From NCBI GenBank assembly GCA_002104905.1, contig MCFE01000451.1, positions 9,056 to 73,055 on the forward strand: a DNA stretch of 64,000 nucleotides, in the 5' to 3' direction. Made by a program: the position numbers and the translations under genes. This document shows, piece by piece, positions 61,701-64,000 of this stretch. The first letter of the stretch is position 1; each line of letters starts with the position of its first letter. The DNA is from Basidiobolus meristosporus CBS 931.73 (taxonomy: Eukaryota > Fungi > Basidiobolomycota). The notes under the pieces are model-generated. The model had not been told where the DNA came from, ran no database searches, and worked only from the letters and a program-made list of their open reading frames with translations.

Positions 61701-62948
61701 ATCTCTAAGGTGATTGGAAATGGAAGCTACTACCTGTCTGAACTTGATGGAACACCGCTAAGAGCACCTGTGGCAGGAAACCGACTTAAGCTATTCAAGC
61801 ACCGGAATTTTGCACATCACATTTAGTTTGCTTTGACCTGAGTTCAAAGCTGAGAGGGGGGTGGATGTAGTGGGGTCACAGTGACACCCACAGGCAGATG
61901 TGCTCATTCTTATGCGTTCACTTCCCTAAAAAGGATTACCCCGCCTATATTATTATCATCCCAAATTTGCAATATTTCCTATTTTTGTCTATGTGATTAT
62001 TACTATGCAACCTGACAAACTATTTGTCACTATTAACCCATTGCACAAGCTATTCTTATTCCTTGCCGAGATGCCAAGATAAGATAGTTACCTTATAAGG
62101 CAAGTACCCCAACAGTGCCCATGTCACGTGACCATCTTGGTTTCATAATCCCCCATCTCACTACCATAAGAGGCAACCACATGACGCAGAGGTTTCATGT
62201 TACCACTACCTGATTGGCTAGGTGCTACTATGTCTCATGGAACAATCCGCCAAGAATTTGCGCTATTTTTAGTACACAAAGACATGATTGGTTGTCTACT
62301 ACCTTCTGGAAACTTCCGGAAAGTATTTTCTAGCAAGAAATTGAGCAGCAAAAAAGTATATAAGGGAGGCTATCCCTTAAAATAAATCATCCCTCTTCCA
62401 ATATTCCAACTTATTGATTAGTGAGATCACCGCTACCTATTACCACTATTTTCTGACTCAGACCTGACGATACTCCCAGGAAACCGCGCTGACAGCCAAC
62501 TGACCTTGGAGGCACTACTTGTGAGGAATACTCAGAGTAGGTATATTTTATTATATTGTTTGTTTTCCCAAGTTTGCTCTTGTACAGGCAAAGATACTTT
62601 TCAGTCTTTGTAACTATTGGTCAAAGCTGCATTCTTATCAAGTCCCTGTTGGTGGAGTTTACAGTTGTTTTGACTTTGGAAGCTTTAGTACATTGTCATC
62701 TCAAAGGACGTCAAAGCCATTATAAACTTTTGTTAAGACGCCAACTAAGTTGGGGATTGTTAGTTCAATAGTTTTCCCTTGACAAGCTTGAGGCTTTATC
62801 CCCCATCACATTAGATTAGATAAAAGACCCAGTATTCCTAGCAAGCTTTTGCCAGAGGTTATTGCACCCAGTGAACACCCCACACACATTCACACTTGAG
62901 AAGTGTTGGCCGTATTTTGCCTTTTGGACTTATACACCACCACCACCA
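55758..62948 (+). mobile_element. Gypsy-W: intact, young Ty3/gypsy retrotransposon without a chromodomain
   Basis: LTRs at 55758-56835 and 61866-62948 differ by ~6 substitutions and 2 indels. TSD CCGT. PBS TGGCACCCAACGTGGGG at 56840-56856. PPT GAGAGGGGGGTGGA at ~61852-61865. Confidence 0.97.
56976..61826 (+). CDS. Single uninterrupted gag-pol polyprotein, 1616 aa
   Basis: Gag with CIWCDSTQHARREC, PR IDSGSE, RT LRFIQD/FVDD, RH VDAS/RELLG/ETDAKPL/ADALSR, and INT H-H-C-C, IDLV, ADRG, ERGHG, WSGPY. Confidence 0.96.
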   Translation: MNSMPLPLSHGAPQLDGKNVESFIFKWEKLCKMCSLSEQEMAEDFPYYCTDDITTKLLRQGDILTDWTLMKTYLQTEYGRPHIYYGIEDLRHFGRMGLSKLLIEEFIQQYEDMAKPLLESQAITEFTMTLYLAQGLPQELARKVDLHAAKDDKSGIPCFAEMKRVLLEAKQTSTFMRLLTSNLPDQPTKEPKSAVADNQTYTTNRIDQLAEQLQKLALKINGSAEVATEGQRALPRHCIWCDSTQHARRECSELSQLLREGTVQFDADGMLADKEGKRIPTNFRRGGMRALFQKSDSATRKITVDAPIETHTVSPNSPDNRKYEVDTFATKRHLPEEPVKPILRRPRFEEPEVIIDKRPGTLPTQDPLPHFQMTSKIAGYSSPQLITEKLLKQNLTLSVGEIMSVSPSVRKTFDEQLRTRRQAVEHMDTHIIQTSHEDHKKDDNATKYKTFYSVATAVVKGYIYDDPVDCHIDSGSEICVMPLDFWKTLRSKELLPVDRDIGWNMTDANSGSSPLYGVVHKFPIEVQGIKVWLPLFICQKANFDLLLGRPWETSTKATTTNYSDGSVWYTIQGSNPGLQSTFCGVTPNNKRTHTACQKTHLVIEDEEPDSIHPNSWSYSLGIQEQTAMVCTKYKTVEQKIRPSLTPLTDGSRPADYIRPPEGTPEDIRLTPERLKQLIVGDGNLTPEEILLFEETLKRHDKVFSYNDKEMGLLKTSVEKPIKIHTVPHTPWSFKPYPLPRGLQADVHDLLKKKIEAGILEPCHGPYANRWFVTKKKNGKLRFIQDMQPANAVTIRDAAIPPSIDDFAESFSGHSIYSTYDLYSGYDQIPLDETSRDMFALQTPFGLLRMTRLSQGATNSVAQFQRCMVNVLYQFIPEKLAVFVDDIGIKGPKLRDTTEVMPGVRKFVYDHISDNDAILGAIEEAGLTISGEKSSFGVSEISIVGQKCNTFGRSPGDSKTQKICNWPTPTNLTQARGFVAACGFFRIWIPRFSEIAEPIYRLQRKNAPFSWGEEQEEAMQLLKEALVSPPVLRPLDYQNTECPPILTVDASPVGAGALLGQDDEDGNRYACRYESCLFSPREQRYSQIKRELLGVVKMLRKLKSQLYMTHFILETDAKPLIGMINKPDLPDDATNWWMAWLKIFDFEVRHIPGKTNVVADALSRKGPQLSEDMDPDFDDIIDAEIRQIHVKKPSNSTWNTIQDYLRTLEKPPGMSPHDFRKLRKKAHHFYIKDGLLFKQVKPGQTPRRVIVEPQEQLTIMSSLHEGRPGGHRGRDATYNVVSSRYYWEHMYHDVQHFVESCDICQRRSTKRYEEPLHLTYTPCLWQKVGIDLVHMPTAGTKKYLVVARDDLSGWVEAQALSNNKSHTIWRFILEDIICRFGCISQFVADRGEMTSNWIQELCSQYKIHIAFTTAYHPQANGMVERGHGPLVNSLVKSCNNMTLQWPRQLHLALWADRITTKRSTGLSPFKLLYGHDCVLPIELDSISWNMLEWRTTMSTEELLTTRIKQLDHHELDITQAAAKLKETRLQNKEPFDKSHSLRPKPLLQGDPVLLYDSTLDKQWSRKFDNKWSGPYIISKVIGNGSYYLSELDGTPLRAPVAGNRLKLFKHRNFAHHI

Positions 62949-63675
62949 CCGTTGGATAGTGCCACATTGAGCCATGAGTGCCAAATAGTGCCATTGCATG
63001 CCAGAGAGGCATAGTAGACCTAAACTTGGCCCCAGAGTGTGAAACATAGCTCTGCATCTTCATGCAAAGCAGCCCCTGTGTTTCACCCATTGTGCTGGAG
63101 AAAATCCATTTTTTGACCATTTTTTTTGGATCAATGTTGTGCATGACGTGTAAGAGGACAGAAGGACTGAAGACATGCATCTGGTACTCAATACCCATGG
63201 CACTCTGAATCTAGCTCCTGTAGCGTATATCATGTCACAAAAATGAATGGCACTATCTTGGTTCACTGGTACTATATGGCACTATAAGTGCTTTGTATAG
63301 GTCTTACTTTAGGGCTAATATTTAAATATAGTGCCAGATAGTACCAGGTGGACCAATGATAGTGCCATTCATTTTTGTGACATGATATACGCTACAGGAG
63401 CTAGATTCAAAGTGCCATGGGTATTGAGTACCAGATGCATATTGTCAGTTCTACTGTGCTCTTACACATCCTGAGCTACATTGATCCACAAAAAAAGGTC
63501 AAAAAATGGATTTTCTCCTGTGCAATGGGTGAAATACAGGGGCTGCTTTACATGAAGATGCAGAGCTATGTTTCACACTCTGTGGCCAAGTATAGGCTCA
63601 CTTGACCTCTCTGGCACACTATGGCATCATTTGGCACTCATGGCTCAATGTGGGACTATCCAACAGAACAAGTCT

Positions 63676-64000
63676 TATGTCCACAGGGCTTTTTTTGGTT
63701 GTAGCCCTGCATATTGTACTGAATATCAAAGCAAGCTGTTGTCCAACCATTCTTCTGCTGCTGTCAGCAGGGGGTTTAGTTGGGAACCAGATGATTATGC
63801 ATTATTTCTTGGCAGCATATACATCAAAGTGAGTCATACCAAAGGGAAAATGGTGTAATATGTATATGTGTAAGTGGTGCCACAACATTACTTGTAATGC
63901 TTACTATGACAGATCAACATTTCATCTTACATTCATGTAGGTGTAATGTTTCGATTGGAAAACTGTCTTGAATTCACATGAGTATTGACAAAAATACAAT
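63676..64000 (-). mobile_element. EnSpm fragment: 5' part of the accessory gene plus divergent promoter, running off the window
   Basis: Colinear with ~26400-26730 (GCAAGCTGTTGTCCAA...GTGAGTCA...GTGGTGCCACAAC...CACATGAGTATTGAC). Confidence 0.8.

Larger units (their letters stand above)
55746..63674. mobile_element. Non-coding long-TIR foldback/MITE-like element (~734 bp before insertion), split near its left end by Gypsy-W
   Basis: The left arm (55746-55757 plus 62953-63286) is the imperfect reverse complement of 63327-63674, with a 40 bp spacer. Both ends read GACTTGTTC(C/T)GTTGGATAGT. Confidence 0.85.

Noticed and set aside
8253-64000. Classical ascomycete RIP as the cause of TE decay
   Set aside because: The visible signal is CpG loss, with reciprocal TG/CA variants at homologous sites. 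Stops at CAA, CAG and TGG are expected from any transition process. A formal substitution spectrum is still needed.

Overview
Eukaryotic DNA, most likely from an early-diverging (non-Dikarya) fungus (inference from 57-76 nt GT-AG introns with CTAAC-type branch points, a U11/U12 25K gene and fungal-type LTR elements). Bases 1-~8250 are a CpG-rich gene island. It holds a probable unidentified minus-strand gene, a 3-exon U11/U12 snRNP 25 kDa (SNRNP25) homologue and a 3-exon homogentisate 1,2-dioxygenase. From ~8253 to the end of the window the sequence is an almost continuous, strongly CpG-depleted nest of transposons. It includes two Ty1/copia families, four Ty3/gypsy families (one intact and young, one chromovirus with a self-priming signature, one deletion derivative with an extra ~390-codon ORF), CMC/EnSpm-type DNA transposons with a second divergent gene, and a long-TIR foldback element. 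All family names (Copia-1, Copia-2, W, X, Y, Z) are my own labels. Percent identities and CpG counts were made by eye and should be recomputed.
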